Shown: positions 43,160 through 54,684 of the stretch, in pieces
Numbering within the stretch: position 1 is the first letter of the stretch
How the letters are laid out: each line of letters begins with the position of its first letter
NCBI GenBank assembly: GCA_002811645.1
Contig: PDIP01000079.1
Span: forward strand, 19,576-83,575
Reading direction: 5' to 3'
Length of the DNA: 64,000 nt
DNA from: Corallochytrium limacisporum Hawaii
Lineage: Eukaryota; Protista; Pluriformea
Program-made: the position numbers and the translations under genes
The notes under the pieces: model-generated
The model's database searches: none
Told to the model about the DNA's origin: nothing
Seen by the model: only the letters and a program-made list of their open reading frames with translations

Positions 43160-46100
43160 AGTCTCCCTCTCTTCCTGGTGCACAAGAGCGGGAAAGCGAG
43201 TTCTTCTTACTCTTCCTCTTCCTCTTCCTCGCCTTCTTCTTCTTCTTTTTTTCTCTATATATTGCCTCGTTGATCCTTTGCTTTCCCTTAGCCGGTCATG
43301 CTCACGTCATATACTTTGTAAGCACAAGGAGAAATTGTTTTTTTTTTGGTTTGCGGGTAGGGGCAATATTTTATCGAGGGGGAAGGGATATTGACTTCTG
43401 TCCCCAGGACTGTATAGTAAAAGAACTGAGTTTGGGGACACAAAATCCTGGCTAGAGGGCACCGGTCACCAATGGCCAAGGAAACAATGGTGGTGTTGCA
43501 TCTGCTGACGAGTTTTCTGGTGTGTCCCTTTTTTCTTCAATTTCAGTAATAAAAGTATGAAGAAAAAGTTTTGGAACGGGTCTGAATCGTGTGTTTCCCA
43601 CCTTTCTTGGGAACAATCCACAGACAGCACCAACAGTGAGCAAAAGGACTGCGATCGATGACGAACGGAAAAAGTGAGAGACAAAAATAGACTCCGGTAC
43701 CGGCCAAGTTTTTCCGGTACCGGGGAGAGAGAGGCCTTTGGTCCCCGGGGGAAGGGAGGTTGGCGGCTCACGGTCGGCAAAGGAGAACCGGCGAACAAGG
43801 GTCGCGGAGAGCACAAAGCAGTCGCTGAAATCGGAAGGAATGTGCAGTATATTTAGTACGGAAGTAGGTGGAAGCAAGGGCCGGGGACGTATTCCTGTGC
43901 TGTATGACAGAGAGTTGCTCATGCCCTACCCCTCCTTTTGTTGGTGGCTGGCACTTGTGAATCCTGCCAAGCTGATTTCAAAAAATGATTGCCCAATGCC
44001 TCTAATTGTACCTTTAAAATGAATCTAGATCACCAAACAAGTTTCTTAAGTTATTATAGGAAAATTGGGGGGCTGTTGATACAAATATTTCAATCGAGTG
44101 CCGATCATTTTCATAGTTCCCGACATAATCCCCTACCGCCCACAATGTTTACTCTGTTATCGTGCATGGTTCCCCTACATGCAACCTTACTTAGCATTGG
44201 CTGGAGGGGGCTTGTTGAGCTAAGCTGCAGCAGAAAGTTCAGAATGTATATATACAAGCTACGAGTCGGAATCATCGCGGTAGAGCCTTTATATAATTCC
44301 AGAAGATACGAAACAATTCGCCAGGTGAGAGTGCATTCGAAGCAGAATTCGTCGAGGAATGTTCCTGGAAACCGAGAAGAACAGTGTCATGGACGATCTG
44401 CTCACTTGCACACGAGTGAACGGGAAACGAAAACGTACTAGTACCCGCCCATTAGCAAGCAACAAGGAAAGATCCTTTTTCTTCTTCACGACCTCTCCAT
44501 GTCTGTGATTAGTTCGCAGTGAGTAGGAGAGTCGTCCATCCGATCGGCTCACGCGCGCCGTAGAAAAACTATGAGAGTTGAAAACTGAGAGCATGTGTAT
44601 TGAGGGATGTATCGATCCGAGAACAACCTCAACACGAGGAGGTTGGGATGTTTCTGTAGTCTGTCTGCGTGAAGGGAGCCAACATCACCTCTACCCGACA
44701 ACCACAACGGGGTCCGTGGCAAGGCCCTGTCCATCAAAAGGAACATGGTTAAGTCCACGGAGCCGACATTGTGACTCCTGGTGGATATCGAGTGTGCGCA
44801 GGATTCTAACACTCAAGTCGGTGTCCTGATGATGATCGAAGAACGAAGTAGTCGTTGCACCAAAACCTAAGACGTCCCATCTTGGGTTTGCAGGTCTGCG
44901 TGCGTTCCGGTTGTCTAAAAGCACTGTTCCCTGGTCGTACTTTCTCTAGGTTTTGACCTAATGTTCAATGTAGCAGTCAACCCAGTCACGTCCAACCGTC
45001 GCTCATCGACAAATCTACCCCCACGAGGGGAGGCCAGCTGAGAGAGCTACGGACAGAGAGAGACGATTTGCATGCTCAGTGTTACCGCGCGGTCCTCCCA
45101 TCGGTCCAGAAGCCGTGGTGTCACCGTCTTACGTGCAGTGTCAACGCACGGGAGTCAACTAAAGATGATGAATCGCCCAGACTGGGAGTGAGATCAGATG
45201 GGTCAAAAGCATATTGAGTCCGATTCACCCTTCGATTGTCTTCTTCGGGTAACTATTGCAGTTTTCACCTGATAATTTACACGTTCCTTATACAAGGGAA
45301 CGGGAAGGGGCTCTGACGAAGAAGTGATGCATTCTCATTCTGCAATCCGTGCATTTTGCTTGCCAACTGCACTCGAGCCCAATGCTTTTCCCTTTTCGCT
45401 TTGTGCGTGGGCGATTGGAGAGCGACTATTGACGAATCCCCTTCACCACCAGTAGTAGTTCTCGTCATCATAGTAACTGCATCAGATGGGGCTATAGTCT
45501 ACGCCCCTGCAAACCGGGCAACCCAGAATTGCAGATCCAATACTGACGGTACAGGACACTCCAAGCAAAGCGAGCGAGAGAAGGGTGGCTACACAGAGCC
45601 CCCCGCACCTGGGGGCAAAACCCATTGCTATGTACCAAGGTCGAGAAGACAGAAGCGGGTCTGGCCAGCAGCCGACCAAGCAGGTCGTGTAGGCTTGCAC
45701 GGCTTGGCTTATACTACACCTGGCTGACTGACCACGGAATCTTGCGGGAGGCGAATGCTTAGGCTGGGTATTTGGGGGAGTGGCTTATTGCCAAGTTCCG
45801 GGGACATCATCACCACACAACCAACCTCAATCTACCCCGGGCCTCGACCGCGGACAATACGCCCACATCTTCAAAATCTGCCATCCATGCAAACAAGGGA
45901 CCCCGACCATCCGGGTCGGACATCACCATCGCATATGTGAGAGATGAGGAAAAGATAGCGAGTGTGTATATGTCAGTGAGTTTAAGATGGTTTGATCGTA
46001 TGCACCCGGAGCTGCATAAGCTACCCCGCAGACATTTTTGATCCGATGCAAACCTGCCGCCGAAACCAGACAAGAGGTTTCACAGCTCCTCGCGAGAACG

Positions 46101-47074
46101 GAAACGGCAAGCTTCGAGGTAAGCGAGCGGCATGACTTACCAAAGTAGGCGTTTTGCTGGGGTTTTTGAAATAACGCAGGGGGAGTGGAGGGGGGCCAAG
46201 CGGGGCTAACAGTGCAAGTTTGAGCAGCTAAAGACGCAAACTCATGGGTTTTATGCGTGTGTTATTTGCCCACTGTTTTCCTTATTTTGGTGTTTGGCTT
46301 GTTGCCCGCCGCAGATGGGAGGAGCGAAAACGAGGGAGGGGGAGACCCACTCTTGAGCAACATTTCTAGCGCATGCTCACACTGATAGCGAGCTGCACCT
46401 ACGTTCCGGAATATTTATACATGTCAGTATATAATATACTCCTATAATAGCGTGATAAATTGAGATTGTGTAATGAAAAATAAGTATGGCAGTATATTGT
46501 AATACATTTTCTCATGCCAAAGCGAAGCATGGCCAAAATGATTATTTTTTGGATACCATCACCGTTTTGTCGTCCTACCGGTCTGCATAGCGAAATAAGG
46601 TAATAGGTCCGCACAAAACTTACACCTCTTTGCAAAACCTCTCGAGAGCACTCGGCCCTTCCTCGGTTTCGTTTATTTTTTGTTCACGCTTTTTTAATGC
46701 GCTCCCTCGCTCCTGGGACCGCCATTCTTTTTTTCTTGCACCGTTCCCGCCCACTGTCCTTCCACGGTCCACAAAAAATTGTATAGTCAAAGTACCAAAG
46801 TACCCAAGGACCAAGTTTCCCCTCTGGGCCTGCTGGTTCCTAGGCAAAGCGTTCTTTCGAGGAACATTGTTGGACTCCCACTCAAAAAAAAAAAACCGTT
46901 TGCCCAGCACTCTTGTCCGCTATTACCATGAGAAATCATTTCCTATTCTTACCAACTGCGGTGGGCCCAAAGGGCAAGGGAAGCCAGGAAAGAAAGAAAG
47001 GGAGAGGGGGGGGGGGCAGTGAGTTTCTTGGCAATGGAAAAAGACTTTGCTTGCCCGGGCCCACTCCCAGCGAA

Positions 47075-47478
47075 GAGAGAGAAAGAGAGAGAGAGATACA
47101 CAGAGAGAGAGAGAGAGAGCGACAGACACAGAGAGAGAGAGAGAGCGACAGACACAGAGAGAGAGAGAGAGCGACAGACACAGAGAGAGAGAGAGAGCGA
47201 CAGACACAGAGAGAGAGACAGAGACAGAGACATAGAGGCAGTTTTGAGGAGAGAGAAAGAGAGGGGGAGCGAGCGAGCGAGAGAGAACGAGAGAGGGAGC
47301 GAGCGAGAGAGAGAGAACGAAACGATGGAGAACGAATGAGCGTCAGGCAAGACGGCAAGACATGATCACGACGGTGGCGGCAAGCGGGTGGCAGCACTGA
47401 GGGTCACAGGGGGACAGAGAGAGGGAGACACACACAGAGACAGAGACAGAGACGGAGAAGGAGACAGAGACAGAGAGA
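47075..47478. repeat. Compound GA-rich satellite with a 26-bp unit GACAGACACAGAGAGAGAGAGAGAGC
   Basis: Units at 47121, 47147, 47173 and partial at 47199; also GAGACA and GAGC repeats. Confidence 0.95.
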
Positions 47479-47797
47479 TCGTGCGCACCCTCCTGCGGGG
47501 CACGAGATCCGTCTGTGCAGAACAGGCCGGTAACATACACAAAGGCTACTATTGCCGTCACAGGACACCTGTCGAGCCCTAGTGCCAACTTGAGCAGAAC
47601 AATCGCTCGCTTGCACTGGGAACGGCGTGCTCAGACATGGGGAACCTGTGAGATGGCCGCCGTTAGAGAGGGGGCGTCCTTGGCCCTTTAGTTCCCCAGC
47701 GGCGGAAATTCATTCGTGGGCGGTACAAACCCGACCCCAAGCGCGCTGCTGGTACCCGCGACCGCTACGCACCGACCCAGCGTTGCCCGTCCAAAGA

Positions 47798-47799
<2 letters not shown>

Positions 47800-47843
<44 letters not shown>

Positions 47844-47910
47844 CTCTCTCTCTCTCTCTCTCTCCGTCTCTCTCGCCTCCGTTCTCGCCTCCGTTCTCGC
47901 GCTCTCTCCC
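47800..47910. repeat. Interrupted (TC)n microsatellite
   Basis: TC runs broken by CG, then TCTCGCCTCCGT repeats. Confidence 0.95.
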
Positions 47911-48046
47911 TTCCGTTCTCTCGTCTCCGCCCAGGGCCTGGGCCTTGGGTGTACGTACGCGGCCGTGCGTACCCAAATTACTTACTCTCTTCCCCCCCCC
48001 CCTTTTCCTTCGTCGGCCTGAGGATTTTGCTTGGGTTCCCTTTCCC

Positions 48047-48309
48047 NNNNNNNNNNNNNNNNNNNNNNNNNNNNNNNNNNNNNNNNNNNNNNNNNNNNNN
48101 NNNNNNNNNNNNNNNNNNNNNNNNNNNNNNNNNNNNNNNNNNNNNNNNNNNNNNNNNNNNNNNNNNNNNNNNNNNNNNNNNNNNNNNNNNNNNNNNNNNN
48201 NNNNNNNNNNNNNNNNNNNNNNNNNNNNNNNNNNNNNNNNNNNNNNNNNNNNNNNNNNNNNNNNNNNNNNNNNNNNNNNNNNNNNNNNNNNNNNNNNNNN
48301 NNNNNNNNN
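48047..48309. other. Assembly gap in C/T-rich DNA
   Basis: Run of N. Confidence 1.
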
Positions 48310-49016
48310 CCTTCTCCCCACCTCCCCTCCCCCCTCTCTTTTCCTCGGTTCTTTGGGCACTGAATCTGAACCGTGCGGATGGGGGGAAGGAGAAGGAGAG
48401 CAGGAGAGCCAAAAAAAAGGGGGGGAGACGGGAGAGAGAGGGGGGAAAAGCCGTGGGTTCCCATAGAACCTGCTGCTGGTGATTCTCTATTGTTTCTGGT
48501 GGAAAGTTGAGGAGGTCTAGGAGACAGGAAGTGCTGTCACTATTCAATTTTCAGTACTGGGATAAGGGGAATAAATGGGACGACAAGAGGGGAAAATGGA
48601 AATGATGGAAATGACAGATCTACGAGATGTGTGCAGGGCACGGGACCGGTGCGGTTTGAGGCGGAGTGGTTCGTAGGATGACAGAACGAGCCGTTTGACG
48701 TGACACATTTCATCATTAGTGCGTGTTTGGAACGCTTTTTGTTTGTTGTTTTGTTCTCTGGGTGTCAAAGAAGAAACAAGACGTGGTTCGAGCATGGAGG
48801 TACAAAATATTCCTAAGCCAAGGTAGTGAACATCGAGGAGAGAGCGTGTATTAGTCATAACGAATATCCACAAAGCTTTGAAATTGCACACCATAGATTC
48901 ACAAAGAAGGGAAATGAGAAGAAAACACTAACAAGAACATCTACCACTCACAAAACAGATCCAGACAAACATAGAATTTGAAGTCACCTAGATAACGCAC
49001 ACATAAACCTTCAACC

Positions 49017-51239
49017 ATGGAGATGAATGTGGACTTTAGCGCATACCGCACCATGCGCGAGATGCGTCACATCCAGCCGGGTATGGGACATTGTGCTGTA
49101 GCTGAGCGAAAGCAGGTCAGGAATAGCCTCCCTCGGCCGGCAAAGCCGGGAAGGTCAATGTCCGAGAAGGGAATGATAGTGAAGGAACCCATCCATCGCC
49201 AGAGCAGTGCACCGCAGAACGCCTCCTTCCTGGACACCGGAGACTACTGCCCGTTCATATCTCAGGTCATGGATAACCCCGAGATCTCTCTGGAGGACCA
49301 GGATATCTCTGCAATTGCTGAGTGGCTCATGGATCCGCAGATGATGAATGTCCTCAAAATGGTCAGCGGAGGCGAGACCAAATCCATACCTGTTCCAGCG
49401 CAGCTGCTCCTATGCCGAGCTTGCCATGGCGTAAAGGTCAGCCGTACCTCAACGTCACCGACACCACGCAAAAGTCGAATTTTCCGCAGTAGTGAGAACG
49501 ATGAAGTCATGCTCACCACACGCGGCAGTTGCCCCAGTCTTACTTCTGATGTCTTCTCGTCCATTTCATCTGTTGATGAAGGTTACGGTAGCTCCCGGGA
49601 AGGCTACGGCAGCCCCCGCAGTAGCCTCAACAACCTACGCCACAGCTATGGCAGTGGCTCGGTTTCGTCACGTCGCAGTCGGGTCTTCCGCATCTCATCT
49701 TCGTCCGACGCAGGCCTTCTGAGTCCCCGCCGTAGCCTCAGCCGTTCGAATTCTCAGGCTGACGAGGACGTCGATCCGATCAACATCTGTATCAACGCCC
49801 TGCGCCACGCCATGAAGCCGGCACAGATCTTGCAGACTCTGACCATGTTTGCCGAACAGGGTTGCCCGAGCATGCGCTATCTCGACGAAGAGGCGATGAA
49901 GGATATCTCTCTTCACTGCGGCGGTGGGGATCGTCCCTTGGATCGCCTCCGCGAAGGCATTGCAGACTTGTTGACCGCATGGATCCGTCACGCTTGGTTC
50001 GACTTCATGCCTGTGGACGCGGATAGCAACGCACCTAATCAGCTCACTGAGGAACTGGAGAAGACTATTCAAGCTCTCAGCGACAACGGCATCGCGGATG
50101 TTAAGGTAAGGGAGATCTACCACGCTATGAACCGGGCGAAACGAGAGTATGCTGCCATGTCCCGCCAGGCTTACAGTGAACCCGAGAGAGGCATCATTGG
50201 GCAGCTCTCAGCCGAGACAGCTGGAGACCTGTTGGAGGTCGCAACCAATGATGAGAACAGCGTTCACAGCAGCAGCAGTAATAGTTCCATCAGCTATGAC
50301 GACACAGACAAGAATTCTGAGCCCCTGCCCCCCGTGCCCCAGCACGTGATCGAAGGCATCGACAACATCGTGCTCACTGGTTGCCCTGAGCTCAACGCAC
50401 AAGCGCGTAGGCAGCAGAAGATGCTTGCCAGTGGCATCGACGCCCATGACCGTGGCCTCCTGGCCGCCGTGGTGCCCACCGGCGCCTTGTTGAGTGTTTG
50501 GAAGAAGGACCACACGGACCACCAGCGCCGTGTGGCCACTTTTGCGATTGACCGATACACGACTTGGTTTAATTCACTGTCCCACTGGACTAGCATCCGC
50601 TGCCTCGTCGCAGTCTCCAACCCAAAGGTTCTGAAGGACGTCTACGAGGCCCTGGTCGCTGTGGCCGATGATCTACTCAAGCTTGGTAATTACAACGCAG
50701 CCTTTGCGATGTACACTGGCCTCGGCCACAGCCGCGTGCAGTCTCAAGTATCAAAGATGGGAGACATCCGCAGCAAGACCAGGGAGCAGATGTCCCGCAT
50801 GGAAGCGCTGTTCACCCCAACTCGCAACTTCCGCGCCCTCCGTAAAGATATGGCCAAGCGCAGGGACAAGAACTATGTTCCCATCCTCGCCATCCTCATC
50901 CACGATGTCACTTACCTGAATGAGATGCGCACAGACTATCTCGACGGCAAGGTCGTCAACGTAACGAAGCTGCACACAATGAGCGAGATCTGCGAGAAGA
51001 TCAGGCGCCACCAGGACGTACCTCCCCATGCTTTGTCCAGACTGGACTTGACTGATGCCATGCTGCCCCATCTGAAGCTCAGTGGGACTGGTTGCCCGGA
51101 AAGTGTCGCCGAGTACATCAACGAACGCGTGGTTGGTATGGAGCACGTCTCTGTTAGCGCTGTCGGCAAGTTTTTCGCCGCATCCGAACGTGACATGAGG
51201 CAGATGGCGCAGATGAACGAGCAGAAGGCGCATGCGTAA
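49017..51239 (+). CDS. Ras guanine nucleotide exchange factor (REM + CDC25 homology domain)
   Basis: LLTAWIRHAWFDF (REM); WFNSLSHW, LGNYNAAFAMYTGL, PTRNFRALR, YVPILAILIHDVTYLNE, VNVTKL (CDC25). Confidence 0.9.
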   Translation: MEMNVDFSAYRTMREMRHIQPGMGHCAVAERKQVRNSLPRPAKPGRSMSEKGMIVKEPIHRQSSAPQNASFLDTGDYCPFISQVMDNPEISLEDQDISAIAEWLMDPQMMNVLKMVSGGETKSIPVPAQLLLCRACHGVKVSRTSTSPTPRKSRIFRSSENDEVMLTTRGSCPSLTSDVFSSISSVDEGYGSSREGYGSPRSSLNNLRHSYGSGSVSSRRSRVFRISSSSDAGLLSPRRSLSRSNSQADEDVDPINICINALRHAMKPAQILQTLTMFAEQGCPSMRYLDEEAMKDISLHCGGGDRPLDRLREGIADLLTAWIRHAWFDFMPVDADSNAPNQLTEELEKTIQALSDNGIADVKVREIYHAMNRAKREYAAMSRQAYSEPERGIIGQLSAETAGDLLEVATNDENSVHSSSSNSSISYDDTDKNSEPLPPVPQHVIEGIDNIVLTGCPELNAQARRQQKMLASGIDAHDRGLLAAVVPTGALLSVWKKDHTDHQRRVATFAIDRYTTWFNSLSHWTSIRCLVAVSNPKVLKDVYEALVAVADDLLKLGNYNAAFAMYTGLGHSRVQSQVSKMGDIRSKTREQMSRMEALFTPTRNFRALRKDMAKRRDKNYVPILAILIHDVTYLNEMRTDYLDGKVVNVTKLHTMSEICEKIRRHQDVPPHALSRLDLTDAMLPHLKLSGTGCPESVAEYINERVVGMEHVSVSAVGKFFAASERDMRQMAQMNEQKAHA

Positions 51240-51551
51240 AACGCGCCCCTAGATAGAATAAGATGGTGTGTCCTTTCCATCATCCAACCTTTAACATTAG
51301 ACTAGCAACATAATTAGATTACTCTTGTACAATAGAAAAGGAATATTGTTCCAAATAGTGTTATCAGAGTCAGGTCAATTTCCCCAATAGAAGGAGTCTT
51401 AAGAAGTGTGGATAAATATTGTAATGGTATTTCATAAAAAACTTATAAATAGAAGGCTTATTTAAAAGACTTTTAAGGTGGAAGGTTAATCTATGACACA
51501 CATGCCGTCCATGGTTGGACATGGAATGAAAGGGTTGGATGAATCGACAGT

Positions 51552-53525
51552 TTAGTCGACCTCCTCGATGTGGGGGCCGTCACCCTGGTCAGCACCGGGG
51601 GCAGCACCACCGGGGGCAGCGCCTCCGGGCATGCCTCCGGGCATACCGCCAGGCATACCGCCGGGCATACCACCAGCAGCACCACCAGCCTCCTGGTAGA
51701 TCTTGGTGATGATGGGGTTGCACACACCCTCAACCTCCTTCTGCTTGTGCTCGAACTCCTCCTTCTCAGCGAGCTGGTTGGCATCCAGCCACTTCAGGGT
51801 CTCGTCGATCTTATCGAGGATGGCCTTCTTGTCGTCCTCGCCGACCTTGTCCTTGAGTTGGTCCTCGACAGTGGACTTCATCTGGAAGCAGTAGGACTCC
51901 AGACCATTCTTGGCGGACACGCGGTCACGCTGGACCTCGTCTTCCTTTGCGAACTTCTCGGCCTCCTGGACCATGCGCTCAATCTCCTCCTTGGAGAGAC
52001 GGCCCTTGTCGTTGGTGATAGTGATCTTGTTCTCCCGACCGGTGCTCTTGTCAACTGCGCTGACGTTCAGGATACCGTTGGCATCAATATCAAAGGTGAC
52101 CTCAATCTGGGGGACACCACGAGGGGCGGGGGGAATGCCGGACAGCTCGAACTTACCAAGCAGGTTGTTGTCCTTCGTCATGGCACGCTCACCCTCGAAG
52201 ACCTGAATCAAGACACCGGGCTGGTTGTCAGCGTACGTGGAGAAGGTCTGAGTCTGCTTCGTGGGGATAGTGGTGTTGCGCTTAATCAGAGTGGTCATGA
52301 CACCACCAGCGGTCTCAATTCCGAGAGACAGGGGAGCAACATCAAGCAGAAGCAGGTCAGCGACCTCATCGGACTTGTCACCGCTCAGAATAGCAGCCTG
52401 GACAGCGGCACCGTAGGCGACAGCCTCATCCGGGTTGATGGACTTGCAGAGCTCCTTACCGTTGAAGAACTCCTGCAAGAGCTTCTGAACCTTGGGGATA
52501 CGGGTGGAACCACCGACAAGGACAATCTCGTGGACCTGGCTCTTGTCGAGCTTGGCGTCGCGCAGAGACTTCTCAACAGGGTCCATGGTGCTGCGGAACA
52601 GGTCAGAGCACAGCTCCTCGAAACGAGCACGGGTAATTGAGGTGTAGAAGTCAATACCCTCATACAGAGAATCAATTTCAATGCTGGCCTGCACAGAAGA
52701 TGACAGGGTACGCTTTGCGCGCTCGCAAGCGGTACGCAGACGACGGACAGCGCGGTTGTTATCCTTGATATCCTTCTTGTGCTTGCGCTTGAACTCTTCC
52801 ATGAAGTGAGCGACCAGGCGGTTGTCGAAGTCCTCACCACCCAGATGAGTGTCACCAGCGGTAGACTTGACTTCGAAGATACCCTCTTCGATGGCCAGGA
52901 TGGAGACATCAAAAGTACCACCACCCAGATCGAAGATGAGGACATTCTTCTCACCCTTGAGCTTCTTGTCCAGACCGTAGGCGATAGCGGCGGCAGTGGG
53001 CTCGTTGATGATACGCATTACGTTCAGGCCAGCAATGGTACCAGCGTCCTTGGTGGCCTGGCGCTGAGAGTCATTGAAGTAGGCAGGGACGGTAACAACG
53101 GCGTTGTTCACAGTCTTGCCGAGGTAAGCCTCAGCAGTCTCCTTCATCTTGGTCAGGACCATGGAAGAGACCTCTTCGGGGGAGAAGATCTTGGTCTCGC
53201 CCTTGTACTCAACCTGGATCATGGGCTTGGTCTCCTTGTCGACGACGGTGAAAGACCAGTGCTTCATGTCAGACTGGACGGCAGGGTCGTTGAACTTGCG
53301 ACCAATCATGCGCTTGGCATCGAAGACAGTGTTGGTGGGGTTCAAAGCCACCTGGTTCTTCGCGGCATCACCGATGAGACGCTCAGTGTCGGTGAACGCG
53401 ACATAAGAGGGAGTGGTCTTGTTACCAGAGTCATTCGCGATGATCTCGACCTTACCGTGCTGGAAGATACCAACACAGCTGTAGGTCGTACCCAGATCAA
53501 TTCCGACGGCAGGTCCTTCAGCCAT
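51552..53525 (-). CDS. HSP70: Cytosolic HSP70
   Basis: [34 protein letters not shown] repeats, terminal EEVD. Confidence 0.99.
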   Translation of the reverse strand: MAEGPAVGIDLGTTYSCVGIFQHGKVEIIANDSGNKTTPSYVAFTDTERLIGDAAKNQVALNPTNTVFDAKRMIGRKFNDPAVQSDMKHWSFTVVDKETKPMIQVEYKGETKIFSPEEVSSMVLTKMKETAEAYLGKTVNNAVVTVPAYFNDSQRQATKDAGTIAGLNVMRIINEPTAAAIAYGLDKKLKGEKNVLIFDLGGGTFDVSILAIEEGIFEVKSTAGDTHLGGEDFDNRLVAHFMEEFKRKHKKDIKDNNRAVRRLRTACERAKRTLSSSVQASIEIDSLYEGIDFYTSITRARFEELCSDLFRSTMDPVEKSLRDAKLDKSQVHEIVLVGGSTRIPKVQKLLQEFFNGKELCKSINPDEAVAYGAAVQAAILSGDKSDEVADLLLLDVAPLSLGIETAGGVMTTLIKRNTTIPTKQTQTFSTYADNQPGVLIQVFEGERAMTKDNNLLGKFELSGIPPAPRGVPQIEVTFDIDANGILNVSAVDKSTGRENKITITNDKGRLSKEEIERMVQEAEKFAKEDEVQRDRVSAKNGLESYCFQMKSTVEDQLKDKVGEDDKKAILDKIDETLKWLDANQLAEKEEFEHKQKEVEGVCNPIITKIYQEAGGAAGGMPGGMPGGMPGGMPGGAAPGGAAPGADQGDGPHIEEVD

Positions 53526-53754
53526 TTTTGTTGTGTTCTATACAGTGAAACAAAATAATTTCTAAAGTATTTGATCACCACGGTAGTCCAAACTAGATCG
53601 CGCCAGAGGAGCACACTTAAATACCCTTGCGTGTCTGAGAGAGTTACATCCGACGTGTTCGCCTGTCAATGTCTCACGAACAAAAGATCTCCTTAATTCT
53701 TCTTCTGCTCCTTCACTGTGGACGCGTGGGGGTCCTGCCTCTGTGACTGGTGTG

Positions 53755-53757
<3 letters not shown>

Positions 53758-53785
<28 letters not shown>
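53758..53785. repeat. (GT)14 microsatellite upstream of HSP70
   Basis: Perfect dinucleotide run. Confidence 0.95.
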
Positions 53786-53788
<3 letters not shown>

Positions 53789-54654
53789 GTTCCTGAAGGC
53801 ATCAGGGCTCCCTGGCGGCGGCTTGTGCCCCCCCTCTCCCGCGGAAACCAGGTGGGAGATCGAGAAAGCTCTTTTCGCTGAGACCAACCACCACCACCCC
53901 TCCCCACCCACCCTCGCACGTTTCGCCTTCCTTCCCATACAGCACATCAAGACCGCAAGCGGCCGAAGGAAACTGCGGCTTGTTGGGTACTAAAGCTGTC
54001 GCTCTGATTTTTGTTTTGCCTTATTCCGTATTCCCCCGACTCCCGCATTGGCCTGCGTTCGTGGTTCTCGGCATTTTTTTTTTCTTCGCACTGGACAAAG
54101 AACCAAAAAAGCCACCACCGGACGCCCTCCCTCACAAGGCCACATGGCCCCCCCCCAGCCTTCACGGGTCCCCGAAAGAAAGGAGGAGGGGGAGAGACGT
54201 GACACGACCGGGAGTGTTGCCTCTCCGTTCCCTATCTCTCTTTCATCCGAGACGAAACGTTTTTAACTTTCGTTCATTCTTTGTTCACGCTTTTTTCTGT
54301 CAACTTTCGTCTTTTTCGCTCATTCTCTCTCTCTCTCATAATTTCTCATTATTTCGGCACGGCTCAACAGTCGAACAAACTTCGGGCGGTAAGCTGGCAT
54401 GCGATCCGTTCGCGTTTTTGCTGTCGAGCGAGGAGTTCTGGGGGATTCGCGAACATTTTTATATATCGAATGTACCAGATTCGGATGAGAAATGTATTTT
54501 TGTTTGTGATGCAAGCAGACCCCTTGACATTATTGACTGCGGATAGATCGGTGTATTCAGTATGGCACGAGTACCTTGCCCCGACCGTTTCAATTGGGTC
54601 ATTTAGGATTTGAAACAAAAGGATCGTGCCCTTTCAAAGCGCGATATTTCATAG

Positions 54655-54684
54655 GGAATGTACCCGAATTTTCATGAATGTTCG
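54655..54684. promoter_or_regulatory. Heat shock element
   Basis: gGAAt gTaCc cGAAt tTTCa tGAAt gTTCg: six in-phase pentamers, the last four perfect alternating nGAAn/nTTCn, on the 5' side of HSP70. Confidence 0.75.

Noticed and set aside
45165-45272. Box C (ATGATGA) and box D (CTGA) pair suggesting a C/D snoRNA
   Set aside because: No terminal stem, and only an imperfect match of the putative guide to 18S rRNA; an Infernal/snoscan hit would be needed
46913-47397. ORFs rich in ER/RE or SL repeats (also 42649-43394)
   Set aside because: Translations of GA/TC microsatellites
51570-53558. Long antisense ORFs opposite HSP70 (356 and 259 aa)
   Set aside because: In-register shadow of strong codon bias, a well-known feature of HSP70 genes
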